Positions 39,664 through 52,169 are shown, numbered from the whole stretch's first letter. The stretch: DNA of 63,371 nt, filler included, from Asterionella formosa (GCA_002256025.1; 24 parts of 24 records of this genome joined end to end with filler, not necessarily neighbours in it), one strand, 5' to 3'. Notes: generated from the sequence alone by a model not told the origin. Numbers and translations: made by a program.

Positions 39664-40620
39664 NNNNNNNNNNNNNNNNNNNNNNNNNNNNNNNNNNNNN
39701 NNNNNNNTTAATTAATTAANNNNNNNNNNNNNNNNNNNNNNNNNNNNNNNNNNNNNNNNNNNNTGGTTCTAGCTGCTAACGAGACCTGTGCTTCTCTAGT
39801 AGTTTTGTTAGTTTAGGTGAGTCCCCTACCACCTGTAAAATAATACACTGGTTGTCTTAGTGGCTGCAAGACAAGGGGAAACTCTGACCGCCTAAGGCAT
39901 CACATGCTGCTTCTAGGAGGGCAAACCACTTTGTCTTGCACACCAGGCAAGACAATGTGGGATGATAAGGAACTTGCAAGTATAACCCAACAATTGATGC
40001 TCGAAAACATTTCGAGAATCAAACCACACAACGTCAAATCAAAGAACTCAGTCATTCCTTTCAGACCCCTCCCCCCCTGCTGTCACTGGTAAGAAAAAAA
40101 GCCAATTGATCACCAGCGTTTAGTGGAAATTATTAGCATGAGCCATGTAAAATGTGCCATGAATTGTTTACTACTCGTAAGTGAATTACAGTATGGCAAA
40201 CACTACCCAATTGGACCAAATAGATCGGAAAAGTGCATTCCCTTGATGGCAACAAGTATGTTTTTCTTTTAAGTATCAATTAATAGGAGAACATGTGGAT
40301 AATATCACATTAAAAATTCTGTTGTAGATAGTGCAAGTGGGGAAAATTGTTTGTTTTACATTTACTGGAATTTAGCAATGAATAATTCATATTCCAATTC
40401 CAAGCCTTTATGTTCGTGTTGTTCAATCATTGTGTTATAAAAGAACATTTTTTGCAGTCCTCCATCTATCAAAAATGTAGCTTTTGGCTAGACTAACAAC
40501 TGGGACTGATACCTGCTACACAGTAGCAGAAAAGTTGGTCTACTTTGGAGAAGTAGATTAGGCGCTCAATTTGACGTTAAAATAAAATGACAAGTGCCAG
40601 GAGACAGAACGACTTTGTAG

Positions 40621-42197
40621 TTATACTTCACCAGCAAAAATGTTGCCCAGAACTGCCACCACAACAGAAATTACCGCTACTACCAACAAGACCACCAATG
40701 ACACAACTTGACTCCATTTCGAAGTAAAAAATCCAAAGTAAACTTGAATTGATCCCTTGCTTTCAAACTCCAAGACAGTGTGTAGCGCCAACAACAAAGG
40801 AAGAATAAATGCCACAATACTGGTAAACATAACCCCACCCCAAGACAACAGTTCTGTCACGGCTTCTCCTTGATAGAGCAGCCATGCCACGCCAAACGGT
40901 AAATAAACGGCCAATATATTTCCAAAACGCTCACTGCAAAGGCCACTTCCTGTTAAGTTCATTCTCGTTAGGACACTAAAAAGAGGGATGCCCAGTCCAA
41001 CAATCATAAATGCAAAAAAGGACGCCCCCAACTGCATTGACGTTCCAAAGGCCCCTGACATCATACTTTCCAGCATATTTTCGGCCACTGTGGGAATGGC
41101 GAGAGCCCCCAGGATGCCGACTATCATGTACAATAAAATGGCCAAGGCATTTGAGGAGTGAATAACAGTGGGGACATGCACCGATTGGTGTCGTTCGCAA
41201 AGCCAAGCGGGAACGGCAACGACCAAAGAAAAGTTGAAGAGGACAACTCCAACAAGGGTATCCCATGATTCCCCCCATAAACTCAAATTATCCGTGTTCA
41301 ACCCCTTCACGATAAATTCAGCAGCGAATTGTAAACTAACCAATATTAAGACAGCGAAGCCAATTATTTGCCAGGCCGAATTCTCTTTTAAATCCATAAG
41401 TGCCATTGGAAGGAACACAAGAGTTGTTAATACGTATCCTGCAGTCATTAATACCCCTTCAACGCCGGCAAAAGCCACACATATTCCTTGAAATAATTCC
41501 TCATCTGTACAACTTTCAGGATCCCATCGAATCCAGTATGTTCCAGTGGTGTTGAATTGAATCGCCCAACTTCCATCAGGGACTGAATGTCCCAATATGG
41601 TATCGACCACCTGACTATTGTCAACAATGCTTGATATATTTAGACATGTGATACAACAAAAGTAAATAAAATGTGTGACAACGAACCACTTTCGTCCCCA
41701 AAATGTTTGAAATACACCACTAAACTCGACATTTTGTTTGAATTGAAAATTGTTGGGTACTTTGGAAATAGTGTCCGCCATGTGCAGACAACACAAGGAA
41801 CACAGTATTCCAACAAAGACAATGCACATAGTGGTGGGTATGAGCCCAGATCGTTGAAAGGTGGCAGGTAGACTCAACATCGCGGGGCCAGTGAGGGAAT
41901 TTACGGCAATGGCAAGCGATCCCAACACCCCAATCATACCTGTTTCGGTGACGGTAAGTTGAGGCTGTGTACGCGTATATTTACCCAAGAGCAGTCATGG
42001 ACAGACAAAGTATTAATGCCTTACTTACCGTGATGCCTTGCGTCGTGACAGTGGCCTTCGCTCCTTCCCCCATCCGAGATTTCAGAACCATAAGTAATGT
42101 TGACATCTGAAACCAACGATTCCTTGGTAACGAGAGGCGATAATTCCGAAGCATTTGTGCTGCTGTCGCTAGAAACAAGGGGCGGTGCCATGTTCAT
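40621..42197 (-). CDS. Transmembrane amino-acid transporter (Aa_trans/AAAP family); intron at 41940-42028
   Basis: About 11 hydrophobic helices; N-terminal AVNSLTGPAMLSLPATFQRSG. Exon 1 (42197-42029, MNMAPPL...HH) splices GTAAGT...CAG in frame to GMIGVLGS. Confidence 0.88.
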
Positions 42198-42400
42198 GAA
42201 GAATAATCTCTTGTTTCGTTGAAGTAAACTGAATTCAATCAGTTATGTCTAGCAATGAACTGAACAACACGACTTGTTGCTTGTTGCTATTATCGCTCTN
42301 NNNNNNNNNNNNNNNNNNNNNNNNNNNNNNNNNNNNNNNNNNNTTAATTAATTAANNNNNNNNNNNNNNNNNNNNNNNNNNNNNNNNNNNNNNNNNNNNG

Positions 42401-43194
42401 GAGGAGGAGAGTGGTGTGAGTCAATTAACTAACCTGACAAGCTCAAGAGGAGTTTGGAAGGGGGGTATGTTAAAAGAGTGATTATAGTATATTTATAGTA
42501 GACTTTGTAGAGATAGAAAGTAGAGCAAGAACACGAGACAGGCGTTCACGGACATACTCATGAATCTACATCCTGATAGGACAGTGATTCATAACATATT
42601 AGCAATACTATTACTCTGTTCTTAACAGTTTACTTTTTGAGTAAGTTCTAGAAATAAGAAGGCAATTACTCTATCTGAATATATTGACATTGTGATCAAA
42701 AAAGAATTGAAATAGAGTTCGAAATTAAAGAGAAACAGCAGGAAAGAATAATGAGAGCAGCTGTAGAACAGACATATACCAATGACTGATGATAGGTAGA
42801 TGACATCACCAAAGTAGACAAAAATCAATATTCTCATACTCCCTTGTGAAGGAACAGAAAAGGGTAAAATAAGGAAGAGGCGAAAAGAAAATGGAAAGGA
42901 AAAAAATTACCAACCCCTTAACTTCTCCTGGAGATAGAAAAAGGTAACAACAGATAAGGTTTAATGAATATATCCGCAACCTGATCAAAGACCCGAAGTG
43001 ACATGCAAACAGAAATGATGTTATAAATAACTAGCATGTCAGACACTGATGGTTGCTTCTACCCGTGTTGCTGTTCTTTTATGTCCATATCTATTTTCTT
43101 TTACTCTATTATAATCACTCTTGTTAACATACCCCTAACAAACTCCTATTGAGCTTGTCAGGTTCCTTAATTGACTCACCCTGCTCTCCTCCTC
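42401..43194. repeat. About 85-bp imperfect inverted repeats enclosing about 620 bp of non-coding DNA
   Basis: 42401-42486 (GAGGAGGAGA..GAGTCAATTAA..CCTGACAAGCTCAA..GTATGTTAA..GAGTGATTATA) is the reverse complement of about 43109-43194. Confidence 0.8.
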
Positions 43195-44643
43195 TGTCCT
43201 CGTCGTCGTTCACTATCCTATTCTCTTTCACAACAGGTTATGAGCTCAAGCTGTTTCCTTGAACGAAACGACATTTTGATTGTTAATTCGATTTCACCAT
43301 CATTGGCGCCAACCACAAAATCTCATTCGTATTCGCTTGTTTTCACATCGTTCATTTGCCCGCTACATCTGTCTAGATATATACTACACTACACAGCAGC
43401 AGTAGACAATTGCATTGAGTAAAAGAGTTTTATTTGGCATTCTAAGGTTGTCTTCCTTACATTCTTCGCAACACATCGGCGTTTTGTTCTTGGTTTCGTC
43501 GCAAATCCTTCTCATTCTTGAGCATATTTTTGCTGCATCGATCGTCATACGTAAACCTGTGTACGAGTATCTGGTAGATACGTCGTCACAATTGGTTCAT
43601 TCTTGTTGAACCAGATCTTCGTGTAAGGATCTATTATCCGTTCCACCACACATCCGTCATTCTTCGTACTCTTTGTACTAGTAAACCTGCGCACTACTGT
43701 ATTGGCTTACTATAACATAGCACACTTACGTTGCTAATCCTCCTGAGCGTTGTCTGGCTCACGTGTGCACCGGAAGCTCCACCGGCGATCATCCTGCTGG
43801 CTTGTTCGTTTTCTCTGCTTCATCATTGTTCACGATAGAGCAAAAATTGTGCTCAAGAAAACGATAATTTCGCTGGAATCTATTTGTGTACACAGTCCAT
43901 GTTCGCTTGTACATATTTAGGCCAGCCCTCCCCGCTCGTCGGTATCTGTTTTGACCGGCCTTTCTAATATTTAAAATCAACATATTCGTTCGTTTTGTCA
44001 TCGTACATCCTACGGTACAAACTTGCGTAGAGGAATAAACTGCTTTGCACAAGCGAATCATTAATCTTCTTTTGTGCGTTTTACGCGTTTGCCTGGCGGT
44101 CCGATCATAAGTACCGTTGGTCCACATGTAAGTGTCACCGACCGCACCGTCGTCCATACTGTCGTAGAGTACTGCTTACTCAAATATTACAAACGTCCGT
44201 CGTTACATATTTCGGTGTCACCGGCCACACTGTCGTATTGCGTGCTCGTGTACTTCTGCAGAAACATACCTACATTCTCTTGTACTGAGTAAAATACAAA
44301 CGTCCGTTGGTACATACTTAGGCGTCACCGAACAGGCCTGCACCACGTGTGTTTGAAATTTTATATACCTTCATCCTTGTATAGGCATTCCTCCAGTATT
44401 TATATACGTACTCGTGTACGTGCTGTTCTACCACCTCAAAATATACCTTTCTCTCTGTTGCCCTCATTATGTTCTTTTTGTTGAGTATATTTTGTGTTTT
44501 ATTTGTCATGGCTGCTCCCATCATCACACCTACTACATTCAAGCTACCTCTCCTTCTTCCTCTTCTTCTCACAATTTATCAGGGACCCTCATAGACTCAA
44601 GAATCTCATCCTCCCTACACTTGACTCTCCACTTTTGTGGCTA

Positions 44644-44801
44644 CATCTAAGCCGCATATTAAGTGAAGTGACCATCACATAAATAAGCCTAGTTGATTTT
44701 GGATGCATCACATGAATTAGTTGAATATATCAAAATGCGTTCTTGAATACATCTATATATTATCTGAATACATCACGTTAATTATTTGACCAGAGTATCA
44801 T
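44644..44801 (+). mobile_element. CATCTAAG-terminus element (type B end)
   Basis: Homologous to 31842 onward, starting exactly at CATCTAAG. Confidence 0.7.
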
Positions 44802-45035
44802 CGTCTGAAAATAAAAACTATCATATTTCCATGATGCATCATAGGATTGTGATCATCTGATCATAATTTTTCGTTATATCATCTAATAATTTTGATAAAT
44901 GCCCTTGTAATTTAAATAGTAACCCTTTTGACTACNNNNNNNNNNNNNNNNNNNNNNNNNNNNNNNNNNNNNNNNNNNNTTAATTAATTAANNNNNNNNN
45001 NNNNNNNNNNNNNNNNNNNNNNNNNNNNNNNNNNN

Positions 45036-46037
45036 GGATCTTATTGAAAGAAGGAAAGTACAAATCAAGTACTGTCCAACGGATGCAATGTTAGCAAAGA
45101 CTACATCACGAAACCACTGGTTGGAACGAAATTTATTCATTTTCGTCAGCACATTATGAATTCAAAGTGAGCATCTGTGTCCAGCAGGAGTGTGTTGGAG
45201 AAATTACTTTAGGAAAGAAAATCCCGGTATAAATTACCTACTACATATTGCTTTGTCAAAGGAGAAGATTGACAAGATCAACATTAGCATTGGTGTCAAT
45301 TGTCGACATGGTCTACCTACTTCTACTCCTCATCCTTGGCTTTTTGTTGGTTCCTGTCTGCCAGATGCTTCGTACAACCTTTTGCAAGAAAAAATCACTA
45401 GAGAAAGCGATCAACATCTGATATTGGACACGAATACAAAGGCAGCTCTTACTTATACCCTTATACCCGATCCGCTACATGCAAGCTTGCTGTCCTAGTT
45501 GGCCAGGCAGCCAAGCTTGCAACCACGGTCTACATCTTTGCTTGGTTTGGACATTTCCTCCACAGTGAAAGCAGAATTGGTTGGTGTCGATGACATCATA
45601 TCAAAGGTGTTGTGGACGAAATTATTTATTGAAGCACAAGGACACAAGGTGACTACGAATGTCATTTATCATGACAACACTAGCGCAATGAGTCTAGAAG
45701 CAAATGGAAAAGCAAGTTCAGGAAAACGAACACGGCATTTCAACAACAAACATTTTTTAATACGGATCTTATTGAAAGAAGGAAAGTACAAATCAAGTAC
45801 TGTCCAACGGATGCAATGTTAGCAAAGACTACATCACGAAACCACTGGTTGGAACGAAATTTATTCATTTTCGTCAGCACATTATGAATTCAAAGTGAGC
45901 ATCTGTGTCCAGCAGGAGTGTGTTGGAGAAATTACTTTAGGAAAGAAAATCCCGGTATAAATTACCTACTACATATTGAATCGAATGAATCAAGAAAGAA
46001 TATGGTACCAGAGAATTCGAAAACAATCTACGTCAAC
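45036..46037 (+). mobile_element. CoDi-like Copia RNase H end, PPT and LTR start; locally duplicated and degenerate
   Basis: AELVGVDD..VLWTKLFIEAQG..IYHDNTSAMSLEANGKASSGKRTRH, followed by CAGCAGGAGTG|TGTTGG. 45036-45249 is repeated at about 45764-45977. Confidence 0.85.
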
Positions 46038-46040
46038 AGT

Positions 46041-47466
46041 GGGCGCACTCTGATAATAAAAAATTATTATATCATGTGTGTATTATAACACAAATTATTC
46101 TGGTGATCTGCTACATTATATTGTCCTTGCGCTCTGATAATAGAGATTTTTTAGATTACTTCTCTGACATTATATATATTATTAACTTTAATATTCAACA
46201 GTTAAATTTTCATATTGATGCATCCTCTAGTATGCAATGCCGCCTCTTGTTCATTATATGCATGAGTTCTATATATTCATCATCGTCGGTCACTGACCAT
46301 GTCGACTTTCATCCCATCTCCTGATGATGATGATGATGACATTATGATCACATTGCTACTGTTAGCAATGTGCTATCCACCAGTAAACAGGACGCCATCG
46401 TTCAGGGAAAGTTTGACTGTTGATGAGGTCAGAAGAAGAAGTGGCAAAATCCGTCGCCACGCACTAGTACAGCATCCATTATCGAGTCCATTCTGGACTT
46501 TGTTCAACAGCAAACATGATGATGCTCTGATTACCTTGTGTGGGTTTGACCATGCTTCTTTCGAGCTCCTACACCAGCTGTTCAAAACTTGTTTTTATTC
46601 CTTCACTGCCTGTAGGAAAAATACGGATTTCATTGTTAGAAATTCAACAACAAGGGAAATTCTCGTTGTGCTGTGATGCAACAACTTCCCATTCATGGGA
46701 CCCAATCGGCAGGTGAGTAGAAATGGCTTCCAGCAATGAGAGAATCTCATTGATCCTGAACTGTTGACCCCGACTCTGCATGCTTCGGCGAGCTCTTGGA
46801 AACGTTGGTGCTCACCTGGCAGTTGCTGTTCCTGAAACTGAACTAGTAGGAGCACGTGAAAAATCGTTGTTGTTCCTTGATGAGGACTGAGTAACCCCAG
46901 AAACACCAATCTGAGAAACACCTGGGACACCCATCCTACTGTCCTCATCGTCACTGGCAAACTCATCAGCACCAGTGTCATCTTCATTCTCGTCGTCGTC
47001 GTCCTCCTCTTCTTCTGGTTGAGTCTGTTGTTGTTCTTGTTGCTGGTGACGGCGACGTTCAAGCAGCCTTAGAGAGGAAGGGAAGCCCTCCCTGGCTGGT
47101 CTCCTTTGACCAGAAGAAGATGAAGACATGGCCGATATCTAAAAGCGATGACGATCGATTTATTGAGGAGGTTGATTGATATGTAACGATATGCATATGT
47201 ATATTCATACCTATTTTGGCAAGAGCAAGCCATTTTGAATATGAGCAAGCAAGTCTTGAAATATTCCGGGAAATTCTAAATAGTCATTCATGTCTGAACA
47301 TCTTTTTATATAATGCACTGTTATTTATAACTGTAAAAAAATTGTGTTTGTGTTGACCAGGTTTACCAAATTTGGTCAACACAAACACAAATTTTGGGGT
47401 TATGGGTACAACGATTTGTGTTATAATACACATGATATGGTAATATTTTATTATCAGAGCGCGCCC
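46041..47466. mobile_element. Non-autonomous PIF/Harbinger element (about 1.43 kb) with ~55-bp TIRs and an AGT target duplication
   Basis: TIR GGGCGC(A/G)CTCTGATAATAAAA..; AGT at 46038-40 and 47467-69. Plus strand carries a transposase N-terminus (SPFWTLFNSKHDDALITLCGFDHASF); minus strand carries a Myb-like remnant (FRINEILSLLEAISTHLPIGSHEWEVVASQH). Confidence 0.85.
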
Positions 47467-48466
47467 AGTAAAAACCCATAATTCTATTAAAACTCTTAGG
47501 AACGATTACAATCGATCACGGAGACATCGTTGTTCATATCTACAGCCTATTTGGTCCCTGACGTGTCCTTNNNNNNNNNNNNNNNNNNNNNNNNNNNNNN
47601 NNNNNNNNNNNNNNTTAATTAATTAANNNNNNNNNNNNNNNNNNNNNNNNNNNNNNNNNNNNNNNNNNNNCTTCTTTGACAAGGTGATTTGGGAAACAGA
47701 CGGCAGGTGGCGGGCTCGATTCCCGCATTCTGTGGAAGGCGGGGCAATCGGCTTGAACAGCACATCTTGTAATTTACATTTACCAAATTGTTGGGCAAGA
47801 AGATCGATAATGACTCCAACACTACCAACGAGACTCTCTCTGTCATTGAAGGGCAGGATGATTCCAATGATGTCCCATTTATGGCAAGATTGAAAATACA
47901 AATGACAGGGTGCTCAATATTATTGGACCAACGGTTGCCTGTATGACAGTAAGTGTGAAATCAGAACACACATACTAGCTAGACATGGTTGACAGAATGA
48001 ACGATTGGATGACGAGTTGGTGTGGACAGCATCAACAGATGCAATGAAATTCACAGGAATCCACACTGGATGCGCCCAGCAAAGAACAGTCTGTGCGTGT
48101 TCCACAAAGAAGGTTGAAAAACCATTCATGGCGCGAATTTTTTATATTCATTAATTCCGAAAGACTACTTACTACCTGGTACCTTCAAAACTGAAGCGCA
48201 TGTTTCCGTCCACCAGCCATAATATTCGACTCCGGGAACCCTATGCATGTACCGTAAAACCTGGTGTCTCGTATCCCCCCAGATACCTGTACCCCCCTTT
48301 GTACATCTGGCGCAACACTCCCAAATATTTCCTGTGTACAGAAAAAATAACACAACATAAACGTATTCTATTTATTAGTATGTATTTTCGTATATTACCG
48401 GTACCCTACTGTTTCCAGTAAAGTATCATCACCTGTAAAATATCGTCACATATACCGGTTGGCAAC

Positions 48467-48859
48467 ATGATGATTGCGGACAACATTCGTGATGGCGAAA
48501 TCCTTGGCCTCAGAGGTACCACCAATGGAAGAAGCTGTGAGCAGCATGCCTGCTGTGGGGCAATTGTGAGGCCGAATGATTGTGTTCGGTTCAAGGCAGC
48601 AGTGGTCCCGATTGATGGAGTTGATCAGGCAGGTATCAAGGCTGTTCTGATCCTTGATGGGACGGAACTGTGCACGGTTGGTTTCCTTGGCAAGAATATT
48701 GCAGCTTTGAAGAAAACAAGTGACAAGTTTGTCAACAAGTTTGCTCAAGTTATTGAACTCTATGACTCTAGTGAAAATGCTGCCAAAAGGGCAAAAAGCC
48801 ACAATAACCTTGGAGTTTGTTCATTCCGGCTTCTTGAGGACATCCAGATTCAGGAATAG
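48467..48859 (+). CDS. 130-aa Cys/His-containing HIRAN-like protein convergent with a pogo transposase
   Basis: Intact ORF: ILGLRGTTNGRSCEQHACCG..AGIKAVLILDG..CTVGFL. A decayed homologue lies at 60840-61092. The fold is inferred. Confidence 0.6.
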   Translation: MMIADNIRDGEILGLRGTTNGRSCEQHACCGAIVRPNDCVRFKAAVVPIDGVDQAGIKAVLILDGTELCTVGFLGKNIAALKKTSDKFVNKFAQVIELYDSSENAAKRAKSHNNLGVCSFRLLEDIQIQE

Positions 48860-49098
48860 ATGTTATGAAAACTGGACAAGCCTTTGAATACTTCAACCAA
48901 TCTACACTAGAATGTTAATAATAGTATTAGAAATTAGCATTTTCAGCATTAGAATCACTCCGTTTTGGGTTTTTTGTAGTCATCAGCTTAATTTATTTGC
49001 CTATTAGGAAATGCCATCCTGAATCTAATTGACGATAATGATTGTTTCACTAAAACTAAATGTTAAAATAGATTATCAAATAATCCAATCCTTATTGA

Positions 49099-50204
49099 CT
49101 AGTCAACATCAGCAAAGCCCTCATATCCAATGCTCTTCCAGGTATTGGTGATTGTTTGAATTGAGACTCTAGCCCATGCCATCTCTACCCATTGTGCAAT
49201 GTGGTGCCTTTGCACCTTGGGATTATCCACATTGGCAACCATGTAGTCTTCCCAATATCCTCTCATGTAGTCCTTGAAGGGCTTATTAACTCCTACATCC
49301 AACACTTGAAGTCTAGATGTGTAGCCTGGGAGGACGAAATCAATCTCAGTGCCGCAATTTTTAATTGCATCAACACAACGTCCTACCTTGTGGACAGTAA
49401 AATCATCCATAAGAAGGTGAGTAGGCTCACCGCCTTTTCCCAACGCAAATGGTTGCCAAACTTTTTCGATCCATTGTAAAAATATGTCTGTATCAACCCA
49501 AGCTTTGGGTTGACAAGCGTATTTAATACTGACCGGAAAAAGTTGTTGATTGTTGTCTAGTAATCCCAATTGCCTGGAAATACGTCCATCCCTTGTTCCT
49601 GTAAATACAATGAATGGTGGCAACTTCTCACCACTCATTGTCACCCCTAACAACACAGTGCAACGATTCGAATTTCCTGTTGTTCGAAGCCCAATGGTCC
49701 TTTCGCCTCGGGTTGCCAAAGTCTTTGATCCAAACATGTCAAAATTGATGTTTGTCTCATCAATATTGACAATGTTTCCAGCAGGAAATTCGAACGCAGC
49801 AATTTGATTGTTGACGTAGGAAACAAAATCTTGAATTGTCTCCTGATCCAGCCTTGTATTTTGGGCGACACGAGTCACACGCCTAATGACAATGTCCTCA
49901 CGGGCAAGCCAGCGCTTGATCCGTTTTTCAAGTGCCTTCAGCGACACATTTTCGTTCCCAGGTTGCCTCTTAAGCTCAACACTGAGCATCCTGGTGGTGC
50001 AGGCCCTATCTTGAAGCCGCAACTGGTCAAAAAGAGTCTTCAATCCTTCGAAATCAGCAGCACTTTTTGGAGAGCGGCCCGGGTGAGCGATTTTTTTCAT
50101 CAACACCTGCCTCTGAATCACACCTTCTTCCTGCAGAGGAATCTCCGCCACCTCCGCCGGAACCACAACCATTGCACCATCCAGCATGGACTTCCAGCTC
50201 CGGA
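49099..50204 (-). mobile_element. pogo/Tigger-like DDE_1 transposase ORF (5' truncated by contig end)
   Basis: Catalytic motifs NIDET, LLMDDFTVH and LQVLDVGVNKPFK, plus GEKLPPFIVF and KAWVD; uninterrupted frame. Confidence 0.92.
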
Positions 50205-50304
50205 NNNNNNNNNNNNNNNNNNNNNNNNNNNNNNNNNNNNNNNNNNNNTTAATTAATTAANNNNNNNNNNNNNNNNNNNNNNNNNNNNNNNNNNNNNNNN
50301 NNNN

Positions 50305-50713
50305 TGCTAACTCCACTGATGAAGCTTTGGCTGATGGAGAGGTATTTGCAACTGCGGTCTTACCCATTGTTTTTAAATATGACAAGGAAGCTGCCGTTAT
50401 TATTGAAGATAATATGGTCATCCAGGCTGGTATGAAGCCTGTTGTGGATGGTCCGCAAGGTGTTGCAAATGCATTTTATCAGTCTTTAGATGAGTTTGGC
50501 TACTCATGTTCATTAGTGGGTGCAACAAATCAAGCTGATGCATGTCAATTAACTGGAGGGTTTTCTAAGGTCAAGGGAGCAACAAGTACCAGTACATCGC
50601 CTTCGACAGAGCAGTCGGTCCTTACTTCACTGGTCCTCAGTTTGGGTTTTGCTGCATTAGCCCTCGGGGTTATTTTGTTCATTTGCAATTCACCGTTTTG
50701 TTGTTCATTGTAG
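50305..50713 (+). CDS. C-terminal part of an FEA1/ISIP2a-like (low-iron-inducible) protein with a membrane anchor
   Basis: ADGEVFATAVLPIV..AAVIIEDNM...FGYSCSLVG resembles the end of an FEA1 domain; followed by an S/T linker and a hydrophobic helix. Confidence 0.55.
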
Positions 50714-50813
50714 AAATAGTTTTTAAGACTCATCTAACCTACTGCTATTTCGCTATTAGAGAACAGTTTGCATTTGTCGAGCATGTTCACCATGCCATTC
50801 GAATTGAGATATG

Positions 50814-52169
50814 TCATGGCCCACTTGCAATGTTGCTTTGATCCTGCAAACAGCGTTTGACATATTGCAACCTTGCAATCGGGACATTTCGAAGAATCAC
50901 ACGTTGACCTCTAAGATGTGCTTTGCGCTGCAACAAGTTGGCAATGGACTTGTCTGCCATTGCTAAAACATACGGTTCCAGAGATCCTTTTCTAGAAATT
51001 AGTTGGTACGTATCACTCTGAGCATTGAGCAAGTGGACAATGCCGTCCTTACGAAGCGCCGCGAAGGTCTTAACAAAGAGTCGTCGAAGATCTCCAGTTT
51101 CTCCTTTGACGAGAATACGGGCAGCCAAAGCGTCCAAAGTGGGTTCATTAATCAGGGTCTGGTAATGGAATCTACAGGACGAATTCGATTTGGCCTCATA
51201 TTGCAAAAGTCTTGACAAGATGGCATCTCGAAAAACAAAATGAGGGTCGAGAGGTTCAATTGTTGCCTGGCAGTGGCAATATAGTAATGATTCCTTGTAT
51301 GGTAGGTCGCATCGACAGCTAGTTCCAAAAACTTTCCAAGCACCGATAGCATCGTCAGCTGCAGGCAAATCCGTCCGCACCAATGCATTCCTTGTTATAC
51401 TTGGACCAAGTAGTTCAAGAACGTCTTTCCCATTGCGAACAAAGGGGGCTGAAGGCGCTGCGAATTCGGTCACATAATATTCCGTATTTTGACCAGCACT
51501 GTCTGTAGACCGCTCGCAGGTTTGGCAATTATTGTAAAATTTCATACATTTTATCCAGTGTAGAGTCTCTTCACTAGTATCTTGTCTTCGAGGATCAAGA
51601 GGTGTTACTGTTTCTATCAAGTGCACGTGCACTTCTCGAACTGCATCTCGAAACTCCCATTTTTTGTCCCCTACCAACATAGTCTCGCTGACATTACCGA
51701 TTGACAGAACCTTAATTCGTCCCATCACACGAACTATTTGTCCAACTGTTAAGTTATCTGAGAGATGCTCTGTTTTTGTCGATGAGAGAGAGGCGAGACG
51801 ATAATGGTCATTGTCGGTCCACCGAAGGCAATCAACCATGCCAGTTCCGTCATCTACAAGGTATAGAATTGATCCATTCGGTTTGCGCTCTACATTGACA
51901 ATGACACCCACAATATTACACTTGGATACAGGAATGAGCTTGATGGGTGCATTCTGCATGCGTATGACGATGCAGTCGATTCCATCGACCAATGACAAAC
52001 GATGAAACTGATCCACAAGCATTGGTATGTGGGCCCAATACTGTGGTGATAGACCGACCAGAAAGTGCTCTCCACCCGTCAATTTTCCCATATCACTGTT
52101 TATGGCTACTTCATCATCATTCTGGTTTGTCGCAACATCGTCAATGTGTGACGGTGTCTCCTGGTTCAT
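50814..52169 (-). CDS. STN1: STN1/RPA2-like OB-fold protein (probable CST subunit)
   Basis: OB fold IVGVIVNVE..YLVDDGTGMVDCLRW..VGQIVRVMGRI..E.LHW and a winged-helix-like C-terminus (FAALRKDGIV). First in-frame ATG is at 52169. Confidence 0.6.
   Translation of the reverse strand: MNQETPSHIDDVATNQNDDEVAINSDMGKLTGGEHFLVGLSPQYWAHIPMLVDQFHRLSLVDGIDCIVIRMQNAPIKLIPVSKCNIVGVIVNVERKPNGSILYLVDDGTGMVDCLRWTDNDHYRLASLSSTKTEHLSDNLTVGQIVRVMGRIKVLSIGNVSETMLVGDKKWEFRDAVREVHVHLIETVTPLDPRRQDTSEETLHWIKCMKFYNNCQTCERSTDSAGQNTEYYVTEFAAPSAPFVRNGKDVLELLGPSITRNALVRTDLPAADDAIGAWKVFGTSCRCDLPYKESLLYCHCQATIEPLDPHFVFRDAILSRLLQYEAKSNSSCRFHYQTLINEPTLDALAARILVKGETGDLRRLFVKTFAALRKDGIVHLLNAQSDTYQLISRKGSLEPYVLAMADKSIANLLQRKAHLRGQRVILRNVPIARLQYVKRCLQDQSNIASGP

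Noticed and set aside
43283..43295. TGGCGCCAACC as an LTR primer-binding site
   Set aside because: No gag ORF follows and no LTR pair can be defined.
30155..52169. Telomere-themed cluster (PLE, CCCTAA tracts, STN1)
   Set aside because: These are on different contigs joined by artificial spacers, so the co-occurrence is accidental.
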